A DNA stretch of 64,000 nt from Centroscyllium fabricii (lineage: Eukaryota), in assembly GCA_051313645.2 (NCBI GenBank), contig JBNRSN020000012.1, forward strand, positions 61,566,001 to 61,630,000, written 5' to 3'. Each line of letters opens with the position of its first letter. The stretch's first letter is position 1. Below the pieces are notes generated by a model that saw only the letters and a program-made list of their open reading frames with translations, searched no databases and was not told the DNA's origin. The position numbers and the translations under genes were made by a program. Of this stretch, positions 24,137 through 38,039 are shown in pieces.

Positions 24137-24687
24137 ACCCAAACCAGTGAGAGTCTTTTCTCTTTGTCAGTTCTAAGGGTGATAAGTCAAACGAGTTTGG
24201 ACAATCTCAACTTAGTTCCTAGTGGGCCTCAGACCACAATACAAACTGCTCCTATTTTGACACCAATTAGCAATCTCATTCAGTTAGATCATAAGTAATT
24301 GCTTATGTGTGAATGGATAAGTTCATTCCAGTGGTTAGAGAGAGCTTTTACCCTGCCTCTGGCTGTGCTGTACTTGACCTGAGAGCTTGTGATATCTTCC
24401 TTTCAATAAGCTAAAAATATAGTCTAAAAATGTAACAAAAATTAATAATGACTTTAGAAGAAAATGACAGTGAAAAGAGAAAGAGATGAGAGTCAGTAAA
24501 ATCCATTGTGTAAGTTCCTGCAGTCTTTCATTTTGACTTTTATTACTTCATAATTTTTAATCCCTTGTAACAGTCAGCTTGTTCTCATGAGAAGAGCATG
24601 CCATCATTTGTCGTTTAATGTAAATGAATTCAGCAAGAGATTTTAATTGTATCATTTGTTCCAGATCCAATGATTTTATGAATACAA

Positions 24688-25401
24688 GGGCCAGGAAATT
24701 TCTGTGTATTTGGACCCAGATACACACGCAGTCTGGGCCAAAATATATGCCTAAAAGATCGCAGCCCAAAAGATTGTGGAATTTTGGGCGTAAATACAAT
24801 GCACCCAAATCTTGCTCTTTTATCGATCATTTAGTGTTTACTGATCCCGCCACCCAAATGCAGCTCCACACATAATGGCCCCAACTTCATGTTGCAGAGC
24901 CTTCCTTGTACGCGAGTTTCCTGCAATCGAGTTTGCTCAGATGCTCTCTTCAAATTAGGACCAGACATTAAGGCGCAGCAGCACCCAGTCATTTCTCTCG
25001 TGTTTTATTGCAATTTTTGCAGGGTTTCTTTTTCATTTATCCTCACTGAGACCTGCACTGTATTTTATATTCCTCTGAATGGATCTTTATGGCATAAGTA
25101 TAAGTCACATTAAAAATTGAAACGCGTCCCCAATTGCAGATTCTTAAACGTGGTGTGTTTAATGTACATGAATGATGGTCCAATGAGTTGAAACTTTAAT
25201 TTTTAGACTTAAAGAAGAAATATATGCGGTGAGTTTTGGGCTTTCCTTGGGCCCCGACTCTTTGCACCGATTTACGCCCCATTTTATCTTCGGGCATATT
25301 CTAATGAGATTTGCAGGAAATTTGAGCGTAACGATATCGGCAGAATGGGCCCATTTTCGGGTCTAACTCCTGGGTTGTACCGACGGAGGAAATTTCAGAA
25401 C
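24688..25401. mobile_element. Probable Harbinger-type MITE
   Basis: Weak TIR GGCCAGGAAATTTC / GAAATTTCAGAAC; inverted subterminal motifs GGGCGTAAAT (24787) and ATTTACGCCC (25270). Confidence 0.55.
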
Positions 25402-25949
25402 AAGATTTCTATTTCTGAACAGTAGTTTTATGTGAGGAATGCTGCCACATTAATGAATACATGCCTAGAAGAGACCAGAAAGGAAGATTTTAAACTATTA
25501 ACTACATTTTGAATGTTAGTAATTATTATGCTACCAAAACTGATTGTAGCTTTCCCCTTTCATACATTGCAGCCGGGGCCTCAGCCATTGCATTCTATGT
25601 GAAGCAAAACACATCCATGATGGTGGTCTGAAAACAGCAGTGTAGAGAAACAGTTTGGCAAACCTTGACCTTTGCATTGAGAACAGGTTTCATATGTCAT
25701 GCTTTTGCAATGCAACAGTGTTTGGGGGCCATTCTAATTACTTTCACCATCTGTACCTGCAGAATACTCAGCCCAAAGCACTTATTACACAATTAAGAAC
25801 TGTCAAGAACCAGAATTGTTACATTGTAGCAAATTCATTTCAGTTTCAACAGGCACAGGAATTTTTTTCCTCCAATATACTTTACATTGTTCATTTAAAA
25901 ATCATCCTAAGTGCTCTAGCTATTTTAGTTTTGATTATGTAATCATTAA

Positions 25950-26400
25950 ATAAGACTTAAAATCTAATTGTTTGTCTTTCGTTATTAATGAATTCAGTGT
26001 GGTAATTAGTCTTTTGTCCCACCCCATGTCAAATCGAGTTAGCTTCTCTTTCACCCCTCTTGTGTGATTAAGTATAGAAATCTATCACATTATCCATCCC
26101 TAATTTAATTTAAATAGTGCTATACAATCTTCCGAGTTATGGACAATCGTTTAGTAGCAGCAATTATAAAGAAAAGACTAAGATAAATTGCCACGGATTA
26201 TTTAGTATACTCCAGTGAAAGATAGCTGTAGAGGTTATCTAATGTGATTAAATTGATCATTGATTTAACTTGTTTGATAGTTAATGTGATTAAAGTGTTC
26301 AGTGCTTAATCTGTAAAACAGATCAATGTGAGCAATCCTGAAGCTGGAAATGTATTGTATTGGATCATACAAATTAACTGTTTTCCTTTCTTTTTTATTA
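25950..26400. promoter_or_regulatory. Candidate conserved non-coding element, dense in homeodomain sites
   Basis: Repeat-free block with many TAAT/ATTA sites, GGATTA/TAATC and TGATTAA, ~15 kb upstream of sox2. Conservation not verified. Confidence 0.35.
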
Positions 26401-28073
26401 TTAACAGTCACCTGTAGAAGGGATTGTCTGTCCTATGTGTGCTTATTACTTGGAAATCACTTGCAGAATTCTTCATTATGTTTGAACATTTCAATGTTGC
26501 TATGTCTCCTGATTGATGCCATCATAAATACTACAGCAACAAAACATCAGGTGCAGATCTTTAGGAAGAAGTATGTTTTTGGGAACTTGTGCAGTACTCC
26601 AGTTAGCTAGATTAAAATATTTCTTAGCTTGGAAATCGCATTGTATTTCAGACAAGGGTTCCAAGGCGGAGCAGAGAGTGAGGGAGGGGAAAGAGACTTC
26701 CCAGGCAAGGTGTTGCCTTAATAAGCTAGGATGACAGCAATATAAGCCAGCTAAAATCTTGAATAGAATGTCGCAAATTCAATTCCTGCTAATGCTTTCC
26801 TTCACTGCAGTAATAATATAAACATCAATGAAATGCATATTTGTGAAATCCAGCTATCTGTTAATTTGAGTTAATGCTGTTGAGAGGAATAAAGCAATTA
26901 ACAGAAATTGAACAACTGAACTTCTACATGTGAACTTTCACGTGCGGATTCAGTTAGTGGCCTTTTAATCTAATCTGATTTAATGCTTGTAAAACAACCC
27001 ATTTATTTTCTAAGCAAGTAACTCTTCTGACTGAGATCACATCTTGTTGTTATGATGTGCTGTATTTGAAAGATGTCATTTTGAGCTTAGGTGTATTTTG
27101 CATGAAAATTACAAGCTGAGATGAGTAAAACACAGACTGAAATGAATATGTCACCTTGTGAAATTTGAATGTCATAGTCACTGGATGAACTGCAGTGAAA
27201 TGGTATAACTCAAAGCCGTGTGAGTTTAAGGATCTCAAAGGAAAGGCTTTTAAAATCTCCTGGGAGAATGTCACTAATACCTACACTTCATTGTGAAATC
27301 TTAATTGGTATCAATTAAGTTAGGTAGAGTATTTCAAACTAACCCTTTGAAGGACTGGACTGAGAGATTAATAACAATCTGAAAGATATTTTGTCCCACT
27401 ATCAAATTAAAAATTCAAATCACAGATGCCTATCTCTTTGAATTGGACTGTTCTCAAAACTACATATTCACAAGTGTGAATTTATAATAAATAAAGTTTG
27501 TAATAAACCAATTTTGTTGCTTCAGAAATGTAAGCAAATTTGCAAACTATTTATTTTACTGTTACTAAAAAAGCTTGAAAACTATTAACTGTACCCCCAT
27601 TTATTAATTATTTTAAAATCATCCTAGCTGTCTGATTTTCTTGTGGTATATTTATGGCATTTCTATGTAGTTATGTAATTTTGAGGAAAGACTTCCCCGT
27701 AGAATGTTGACTAGTAGTTTCTGTAGTTTCTGCTGCATTTCAGAAGCAGAGACATTGCTGTTTCTGTGCCATCCACCCATGACTTATCATCTGTCATCTC
27801 TTCATGAATAATTACTTCTTACATGAATATTCAAAAATGCTTTATCATATTTAAACAAACTTTTCTTAAGTTGATTTTTCACTTCAGGGATGGGAAACTG
27901 AGCATGCTGTGAACCAAGAGGACTATATAAAATGAAGTTGGCATACCCATTTTCTATTTTATTCTCCCCTTCTCTGCTGAAGTTGTTGACTCACGCTGCA
28001 GTATGATTCTATTGGCAGAACCATCCTGCAACACTTCTCCGACATGGCCATTTTCACATGAGTCTTGACCATA

Positions 28074-28212
28074 GGGCAGAAAACTGGCAATAGTGGAAGG
28101 CCACCCGTTGTACACCCTGCCCGATTTTCTTTTTCACCGACTACACTAGAAAGGGAAATTGTGTGGGGTGTGGATAATGGGCAGCCAATCCGCCACCACC
28201 AGTTTTCCGCCC
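28074..28212. mobile_element. Palindromic short MITE
   Basis: GGGCAGAAAACTGG..CCAGTTTTCCGCCC, with imperfect pairing along most of the arms. Confidence 0.7.
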
Positions 28213-31200
28213 GCCAAAGAAAATTAAAATCTACCCCCATGAGTATTAGTTGACTGGTTCTGCCATGGGGGACATCCCAACCAAGCCTGATACTGTCCTT
28301 ATCTGATATTCACACGCGTTCATTTTCCAGCAGAGGTCACTGGATCAAATAAAATGCAGTTACAGGATAATATTGTTTAAATAGAAGTACTTTAAAGTTA
28401 ACCAGATGGATAATTCAAAGTTTTGCATGCACATTTGCATCATAATGTATGTTTGATTTTCAGCACAGACCACAGGAAGACACTTAGAAATGGGAATTAG
28501 TCTGTTTCTACCTTCCACCCTTCTAAATGTGATCCTGTCTGAGACAGCAATGAAGTAACAAATGTTAATGTAGATAGAATACTACAAATATTTGGAAGAA
28601 AATGATATACCTATGACGAAAATTATTCATTAACAACTGCAGTTTAATGGCTTTCTTAATTATGTTTAACAATATTTTGGGACATGAACACTATGACTGG
28701 AAATAGGTTGGGTTTATGGGGAAATTTGCACATATAACAATATAACTTTGGATAAAGTCACATTTGAAGCTACTCAGAAGCTTGATTTGTTAGATTTATA
28801 CCACAAAGTGTCTGCCGGCTGATTTTTCAACGTAGCTCTTCAAAAGCTTACCTTGTGCACGTCATTTCAAAAGGAGGTCCAGCGGCATCCTTCCCAGAAA
28901 TGTCTATTTTCCTTCCAGGTACCTGCATTGGGTCTGGGCCTGCTTTCTGCAGTTCAGTTTGCCTGTTACATCCATTTCAATATGCGTTTCCTAATCACTG
29001 TAACGATCACATTTCAATTTGTATTTTATTCTTTTCAATTTGTAGTTGATTTTGAACCAAAGGATCCTATATGCAGTGTCCTTTTTTGCTACTATGTGAA
29101 TATTAGTCAAACACCCATTTTTCAACGATTTCTACTGACTTAGTAATGAAACTCATAAAAAACAGATTGTGCTTCATAAACTTGCAACTGACGTTCGTAT
29201 TAACATTATATATATATATATATAATATTAAAAGTGGTTAATCTGGAAATGTCTTTATATTGGCGATGATAAGCTCCAGGACTGCACTTTCTTTCGTACT
29301 TTCGTGTGATAAGAATCAGTAACAGTCTTCACATCAAAACAAAGGTGAACTTGTTTTAAAACACTCGCACAGAGCACTCGGAAACTATGAATATATAATT
29401 TATTTTTGGTCCGAGGCAATTGTTCGCGTGTCTGAAGAGACTCGCGGCTACGAATTGAGATGGGGATGTTGCTAATTGTCAGGGGCGTTGAAATGTCACA
29501 CACTTCCAGGCAAAACAGATCCATTCTTCAGTAATACACTGGAGATACTCTCTTGGTGGCTGTGTAACATTTTGAGAAGCACAGTCTTGATTGGTCATCA
29601 TTTCCAACTCGTTCCATCTAATAGTTTTATACGATATTGAACTATATAAAAATGGCAGCTGTTGCTGGGGGGAACGGAAAAATATCATACTTAAATCTGG
29701 TATCAAATATTTAGAAATGTTTGTCCGTTATGGTAAAACGTCCCAGAATAATAATGTGATGCCCGTCAGCGTCGCGTTCGTGTTTTATTAACTTAAATGC
29801 ACATTCTACTCGGCATGCACTGTGCGTTGGTTTAAAAAAATGCCTTTATTTGAAGATGTAAAGGTGGCTGGAAATGTTTGAGTGTTAGGTAAGGTTGCAA
29901 ATCAAGGCAGGGCGGCTATTCCAGTAAAGAAATCAAAACAGGAAGACTTCTTCAGACACTATTGTGCTGGTATAAAGAAACGTTGGTAATTGAAAATTGA
30001 TTTTCTAACGCACGAAACACTTCCACTGACGGCTAAGACGTTGTTTATAGGTTACAACAGTAACATCACCTCGGATTAAGTTATATGTCATTACAATTGT
30101 AAAATAACATCTGTATACATATGTACAAAATCTATTGTCCAGAGATAAGATGGGCGCCTATTTAATAACTGCAAACCTCCTATTAAAATAGCTGTTGAAT
30201 AGCAAACTGATATTTCAGAATGTGTGTGCCAATGAGTGAGTCTCTCCCATCGGGTTAATAGCAGAGATATTTATTGAAGACATCCAGATCTCGTAGTAAC
30301 AGGTGAATAAATAGTTGACTTTGGTTCTTTGGGATTAAATCTATGTTTACTGATTTTTTTTTAAATTCTGCTAATTCCACTATGTGGTAAGCAGATTACG
30401 AAAATAGTATCCCATTGGAACCAGCTTGCACTTACAACTTGGACGCAAGTCGCCGATTTGCCAAACTAACTTTTTACCACACAGGCTGCTCTCGTGCACC
30501 CTGAAGGTTAATTAAAGGAAGTGGTGTTAAGGTTAAAGTCATGACATCCTATTGTAATTGTAGCTTTGAGATTATAGTTGAGACATGTTCTATAAACACA
30601 CAAAAGGCAGAAGTCATTGGAGTGGATTACTGTCAGTCTGGAGCTGGGAGAGAATGAGTTAGTAATTCCTAGAGAAAGGTAGACAAACAGAGAGTCAGTG
30701 ACTAACAACTTTCCCTGCAGAGAACCATTGTTTCCGACTTTCCCTTTCTGAGGAGCTCGCTCTCAAAGCCGATAAAGACCTCAACTCAAGCCAAATACAT
30801 GGTCTAGATGTCAGACAGGCTAAATTGATGCTGAATCCACATGACACGAAATATATTTACCCCTTTCTTGAACAATACAGCTGGTGTGTCGATAGGCATT
30901 TTAATTAGAGTTTAAGAACCATTAAGGTGGATGAGAAATCAGATAGTAACAACTTTTTGTCCAGTTAATTTATAGGCGTACATTGTTTAAAGTGATGCAT
31001 GGTTTAGGGTAAAATCCTTGATGCATACCTTTGGCGGCTTTTTGATTGACGAGAACTGAATTTTGCTATTGTGTTGATTGGGACATACGTTTTCGATGGA
31101 ATTTGGAAAATATCCCGATTAAAAACGCTATGACCAGTGTGTAGTGGAGATCTCCATCATATGGGGACCATTTGTGTTGTATAACGTGTTACAGTGTTTA

Positions 31201-31874
31201 AACATTTTTGCACTGGAAATTACTTTTCTGTTTTCAATGTTATGACCAATTGTGTAAAGGAGGAGAGGGGAACTGGTGTGTTGTGTAGATTGTGTATTCT
31301 TTTGAAATATTTTAGGAAATGCAATATTAAACTCACTGTTTTTAAACTTTTTTTTATAGCCATATGATTTAGCACTCAACAAACTGGAAGAAAGTCATTG
31401 TTTTACTGGCGTACAGTCCATAGGTGTATTTAAATGTAGAACCTTTGCTTTTAAATAATATTTTATTCAGATGAAGAGTTTTCGTGCGACCTTGTAGCGT
31501 CTTTTTCTATCCTTTATCCAGCCCCTATTCCATGGTTTCAATAAACAGCGAAACCATTACCTCACGGCAGCTTTTGTTGGCCCTATACAACAGAGAACAA
31601 AATGGTTATTCAAGAGAACGCTTTAGATTTTATTGTGGGTAGTATGCACAAAGAGCACTGTTATTGTATTAAAAAGAACCATCTGTAGCAGAAACAATGG
31701 CTTCAAATTATCTTGAATACCCAATGAAAAAATATAAAGCTTTTTCTTCTGTCTGTCGGTGGGGGTATAGAGCAGCGTAGTATAACTGACTTCTGTTGTT
31801 CTGTGTCTATTCTTTCTTTTAAAACGTTCAGCCTTTTAGATTTTTTTTTCCATAAACGACTTTTCTTGTTCCAG

Positions 31875-32153
31875 GGTTTGCATATCGTCTGCGGTTATAT
31901 GAAGAGGACTGTACATGTTCGCAAGCGGCCGGGAGAGCGCAGGGACTCGGGTTTCAAGCAGGCATGACTCGCTGGTCCCTGCTTCGAGAGAAAAAAAAAC
32001 AAAACCCACCCCAGCGGAAACTCTGGCTCGCTCAGCCCAGGGAGAGGTGAGCAGAAGCGGCGCAGATCAGCTCCCCGCGGCTGGGATCGCCGCACTTAGC
32101 CGCCCGTTTTTCTCAAAGCGACAGTATTGCGGGACAACACCCAGACCTCACAA
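31875..32153 (+). ncRNA. Candidate internal exon of the Sox2 overlapping transcript (Sox2-ot)
   Basis: Pyrimidine-rich acceptor TTTTCTTGTTCCAG| and donor CAA|GTAAGT define 279 nt, with no credible ORF. GACAACACCCAGA near the 3' end resembles recalled human SOX2-OT GACAACACCCTGA. Same strand as sox2 and ~9 kb upstream. Confidence 0.55.
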
Positions 32154-33039
32154 GTAAGTGGCTCCCGGTCAATGTTTTTGCTTCTTGTTTATGACATTTC
32201 TACTCTACGTTGGGTGGACAAATGCACCCCAGTGCCGCTCTTGTGCCCGAATATCAGACATGCAGAGCTTTTAGTGAATGGCTTACTTCTCGATTCCCAG
32301 TATTTAAAAAAATAACTCTAAAATGGCGTGCGCTGTGAAACCAGCGGGTTGTTTTAAACGCAACCTTAAAAAAAGAAAAGTTAGTGCTGCTGTGCACAAC
32401 TGGCGGGCTTTGGCCAGAAGGACGGCAGCTCAGTTGGGTCAAGAAGCTTTAATTTGTTGATGTAATCATTGCAGAAGATTGGGCCGAGCGTTTGCGTGTG
32501 AAAACTTCAAGGCTGATTCCCCGGCCGGGGGAGTTGACAGAACTGTTCTAATGTAGCATGTAATAGAGGGGGAAAGGGGCCCAGCGCTTTCAGCCGCGTA
32601 GGTGGTGACCTTTAGTGGATGCCAATAAGAAATCAGGGCTGTTTTCTGTTCCTCACTGGGTGAGTCCCCTGAACTTTTTTCGGGAGGGGAGGGGAGGGGT
32701 AGAATCAGCTGACAGCGCTGCGATTACAACCCGGCCCCGCTTAGGGACGAGGCACCAGGTTCGCCAGAGCGCCAGTGTGTTCCCCTTTATTTATTTGTTT
32801 GATTCCGGGGGAAGGAGCCTGAGGAGCGGCAACTCCTCTCTCGGGCGACCTCTAACGGCCCCTCCACTGCTTGACAGGCATGAATTTCTGCACGGCTGTA
32901 ATTTGGGAAAAGGACAAACTAATTTTCTGGAAGCTGTCTGATTGCAAGCCTATTTACAATCGACATTTAAAAAATAAAATCAAACGACTAGTATTACTTC
33001 CTACGTTGTGTAATTATTCGTGGTCCTCCTGTCTTACTA

Positions 33040-33272
33040 CTGTGGTGAACCTGTGGAATTCTCTACCACAGAATGTAGTTGAGGCCAAGTCATTGAATAT
33101 ATTCAAGAAGGAGTTAGATATATTTCTTAGAGCTATAGGGATCAAGGTATATGGGGAGAGGGTAGGAGGGGGGTGCTGAGTTTGGATGATCAGCCATGAT
33201 CTCATTGAATGGTGGAGCAGGCTCGAGGGGCCGAATGGCCTACTCCTGCTCCTAGTTTCCGTGTTTCTATGT
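33040..33272 (+). mobile_element. CR1/HER1 3' end
   Basis: VVNLWNSLPQ.VVEA.SLNIFKKELDIFL plus tail; similar to 23475-23703. Confidence 0.9.
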
Positions 33273-36200
33273 GCTTACTGTCTCGATGATTGTGACGCCC
33301 GATATCCCCAAACTCTGCTAATAATTAGTGGCACGCACTCTCAGGCAGCCAGTCATTAGAGCAAAAAGTTTTCCATGGTTACTTGTCGTTCAGAATTTAA
33401 CTTGAACACTGACATTCTTCCCAGTAAAAGCAACGTATTTCTGTGTAGATTTACTTACAATTTTACGTTGCACTTATTTAGGGGGCGAAGGAGTTAAATT
33501 GTTCAGAAACGTGCAATCTATTATACAATGTCGAATTTAATAATATAGTATAGCAAACCAGAGTGGCTGAAAAGAGGAAAAACTAATTTAAAAAATCTTG
33601 CCTGCATTATTACTTGTTCCGTTATCAAGACGCCAACTCATCTGAAATTGGTTGAGAAACTGGGCTGGGTTTTTGACACTTCGGTTAATTATACTGAAAT
33701 TTAACAGATCTTTTCAGTTAAAAAAAATTAGCCACTGTAGGCGAAGGTTTTTTTTTGAATTTTGCAGATAAAGGTTAATCTAGGGATGAATTGCAGAGCT
33801 GTGATTGACAACAGAAAAGGTGTTAAGGGGAGGTCGAGCTGTGTTATTTACGGCCCACTGCTTGCTATACAGGCTTTGTTAGAGCGAAAGCTAATTTACC
33901 GCTGATCAAAGGGACCATATAGTTAAAAGACTAGTAATGACTGCTAATTTCATTTCAGCCTCACATCTTCAGCTGGAGTAATTAGATATGTACCGCTTAA
34001 ATTTAGTTCTGTGGATAACATTTTAAAGAGATAAATAATTCAGTTTTGTTGCTGAGGCATTTTGTATCTATTTAGATATTATAATGTATGTTTATCTTTT
34101 CTTGAAATTGGATGGACAGCACAGAGATGATAATTATTTATCAGATTTTTAAAAACGATAATGAAAACAATTATTTGTTTGAAAATCCGCCTCAACAACT
34201 TTTGTTTATCGATAAAGATTGATTTTGCCAGAATTGTAACATTTAATGGGAAAATAAATTAAAACTGTGTTGTCTCGATGGGGAAATCTCGAATAATCGG
34301 ACGACGGATGAGCTTGCGCAGTTTTTGAGACGGTGTATTTGCGCTGGAGTATTAATCTGGGAACACTTGATGTTCCCTTTTTACCATGGGCTACTATAGA
34401 TTATGGGCAATCACAGTCTCCAGTGTCATTAATCTGAACGCGAAACTATCCCAAACTCGGAAAGCTTAGCTCTGGGAGAGGTGGGTTTAGGGTGTGCATG
34501 CTCTCCGTGTCACCTGCTGGATCAAAGAGCCCAGCTTGTTCGGGTTTGTATTATATTTGTAAAATATTACACCGGAGCCTCATCTTGTTGCCGACTGATA
34601 GCATTCTTAATTTGTGAGGTTATCGTTTTGGCACCAGTTTGACAATACGGACTCTAATCGCCACAACCACTCATCACAACTTGCATACGTGCATGCATAT
34701 TCTCAACCACTAGAAACAATGCAAGCACTGTGAGAAAAACAACATTCATCATTTCCCCAAAACGAGCCTAATACCGAGCGATAGATAGGGTACAGAGAAG
34801 TTTCGCCGTGGCCATGTTGTAGTGATATCATTGAGGTTTGGCTTCCTGAAGGAGACATTCTAAGTTTTTGAGAGTCTCTTTCTGGGGTCAGTAAGTAGAG
34901 GGAGGGGGTAAGATGGCATGGCCATAACTTGGCCATACAACACCGAAGTGGGCCATTCGGCCCATCGTGCCACTTTGAAAGAACATTGCTGTACCCAATG
35001 TTAGGTACGTTGATGGATGGGAAGGATGTGCACTCAATGGGACTAAATTCATCCGACTGCATTTTGTGCGATAGTCTTGCTTAAGTGTTCTGCCTCGTCG
35101 ACTTTTAAAAGATATGTGGATAGTCTGTATTACAATAGTTCCTATATCTTGAGAATAATTTAGTTAAATGAGGTTTAAAATGTTTATTTTAAGCAGTTTT
35201 TTTATAGTTTAAAGACGTAACTATGTAAATGCCTTGTCAACGACAGATGCAATTTCAAGTTGCCTAGGAACCCTTCTGAGATGCAGTTTTTATTACCTTA
35301 TACATTGCAATCTATAAAAACAAAAATACTATGAAAATTCCTAATGGTAAATCGTTTCCTGTCGATTAGAACCCCCTCATATTTAAGATCCTTTATCGGA
35401 TATAATTGCAACCATCAAGTTCCTTTGCTAAATCGATATTGGATTAACTGCAATATCTAAAATCGTGCTACAATCTCTGTTGATTCAAAAATCTGTAACT
35501 AGTGCATTGCATCAGCCAGGTCGAACAGCAGGCTCGTGTGTTTATTAAATTGTGAGTCATTTGCAATTAAAGGCACTTTAAAAACAACTTGGAATCTGGA
35601 AGATCCTGTCCGTCAACTTGTCATTCAGAAGACACACCGCGGGTTTGTTACATAAAATCACGAAGTCTTCACACTTTTAATGACAGAAAGTAACGAGGTC
35701 CGTGTGCATAATCTCCCCTTTGTTTTCAGGAAAGGTAATTCTGGAGAATTGTCATAAAGCAGTAAATGGCTGTAAAGTTATATATTGGTTGCACAGCGTG
35801 ACTAAACCACGTTGAACACAGGTTTAATATTTTAGGTTATTGGTGTGGAAGAAAACGAAAACGGGCAGGAACACTTCTGAAACTTTCTAAAAGTGCTCAG
35901 TGTCAGAAGTAAGAATTGTCAATTTCAGAGGCTGTATTGACATGCAGATAGATGGGTGCTTTCCACATGGGTTTCAAGCTAGAATTCAGCTTTAGAATAC
36001 TACCGAATACAAAAGCCAAGAAAATTATTAGCGGCTAAATAAATTGGGCTGTCGCCTATTGTAATGCAGTTTATCAGAACAGAATGATTCCTGTTTGACC
36101 CCTTGTCTCCCGATGTGGATTTGATTTCTAGAAGGAGCAATATATTAGCAGCTCCGGTATCGAACGACGTGTTAAACTATCCATGTTTCCAGTTTAATTA

Positions 36201-37281
36201 TAAATAAGACACTTCGGAATGACACCGATACACCTTTACCCATGGAGGCGCTGAAGATATTTGTACCATTTATTGAGATGTTGGTACCATTACGTGTTTT
36301 GTTTCGCGAGGTTATATTTATTTCACATTGATTGGTTGTGTGATGCAGGGCTGGAGTCTAGGTGGACCGGTTGCATTTTTTAAAAATATAGTAAACTCAG
36401 CGAAATCAGTTTGTTGAAAGTAAAACTCAACCGCTTTGTTAATTATACATGCCAGCGATTAGATGGGCTAGAACCTGTTCGCATTTGTAGCCAAGTTCAT
36501 TGCATAGCTGATAAAATTCTTCACAGATTGAAAAGTTTTGGCACCATGAGGGGATCATCACTGAGATTGCTACAATAATATCATAGGTGGAGGTGGGGGA
36601 TGAAATTTTAATTAATGGTTGGCCGGGGGCATGAGGAATCGCTGCATCAAGAAGCGCCACTTTAGCGAATGATTGTCATGCAAAGATGCGCCACAAAATA
36701 ACTAACTTTTAAATAACATTTATGGTAAAATAAATAAAATGGTGCATCTCCTGAACAGCCCAACTGCAACCCTTGGATCAGCCATACTGAGAGTTTTCAG
36801 TTTCACAAACTTCCAATACAACTGAACTAAAATGAATCGTCCAGATTCTGCCTTTTGCAACTACAATGCATTCCATTAAAACACGGTGACAGATTATATC
36901 ATTGTCAATTTGAGATGTTTTTTAGTACCTTTGCCATAATTAAATTCAAACTAAAGTAGCATACTTGAATGGATGATTTGTGTCTCTTTTCTAAGCACGT
37001 GTAGTTTTTTTTGTGACGGTTATTGGGAGTTATTCTGAAGAACGGAAAACAGCAGAGAGCAGGGTTGCAGTAATTTCCTCAAGGTTTCAAGTGCCCTTGT
37101 ACTCCTTGAATGAAATTATTTACCAGAGTTGGGTCTAAAAGAGTCTGTTGCCACCCTGTTCCTTTAGACTGTCAATGCCACTTGTACCAACCGGAATCGT
37201 TAGTGCAGATATTGGTCAGATAATGACCGAAAGACCCCACTTTCCCGCGGAAATGGCTGGGCCCAGTGAATAACTATATTG

Positions 37282-37341
37282 CTAAGTTATAAATGATTTC
37301 ACTAAGTTATAAATGATTTCACCAAGTTATAAATGATTTCA
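37282..37341. repeat. 20-bp tandem repeat x3
   Basis: C(T/C)AAGTTATAAATGATTTCA. Confidence 0.95.
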
Positions 37342-38039
37342 CAAGTGTGCCGTCCAAATTGCTTTGCACTGTGATCATTGGAGGTATAATTGGAGTGAAA
37401 AAACCTCTCATTCCTTATATTTGCTACGACCTGGCAATATAAAGTGTGTTTTTGTATGGAATTATTGGGTGTATAATAGAGTCCCACACAAACAAGTGCA
37501 GTTCACTTTTGAACTTTTACCAGGTGGTAATTTTATTATTTAAAATTTCTAAGCCACAATTTATTGTAAGTATTTTGGATAATTTATTGCGCAATTAATG
37601 TAATTTCCAACTTCTGTTTACCAATTAACACTGAAACGCGTTTAGTGTAATCAGTCTTAGCTTTCGGGCAGAGCAACAACTCATCCGTATTTTGTTTTCA
37701 TTTAGCCTCTGTTGTTACTCTGATTTTTTTGTTAAATGTTGCACTGCCTACCTGGAGCATTTGACAGAAACTCTTCAAATTACTTGTGAAAGAAAAGATC
37801 GTTGTGCCGAATCGATAAAGTATCAGTCTAACACCCGTCAGTAGAATGATGCCTGTATTATTTCACAAACGGGTACAACGTATTTTCCCCTATTCCAATG
37901 AAAAGTTTACTGCTTCGGAAACAGCTGGTTAAAGACCATTGGCTTTAGATAATTTTTACTTAACAAAATTTAAATTTTTGGCGTTCTCAGTTGACATTTT
38001 GCAGAAATTGAGTTATCAAGGCGCCAATTATTTCACGGG

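Noticed and set aside
30320-30340. N3 enhancer core (TTTGGGATTA)
   Set aside because: The match to the recalled Sox-Pax6 core is too short and the flanks disagree.
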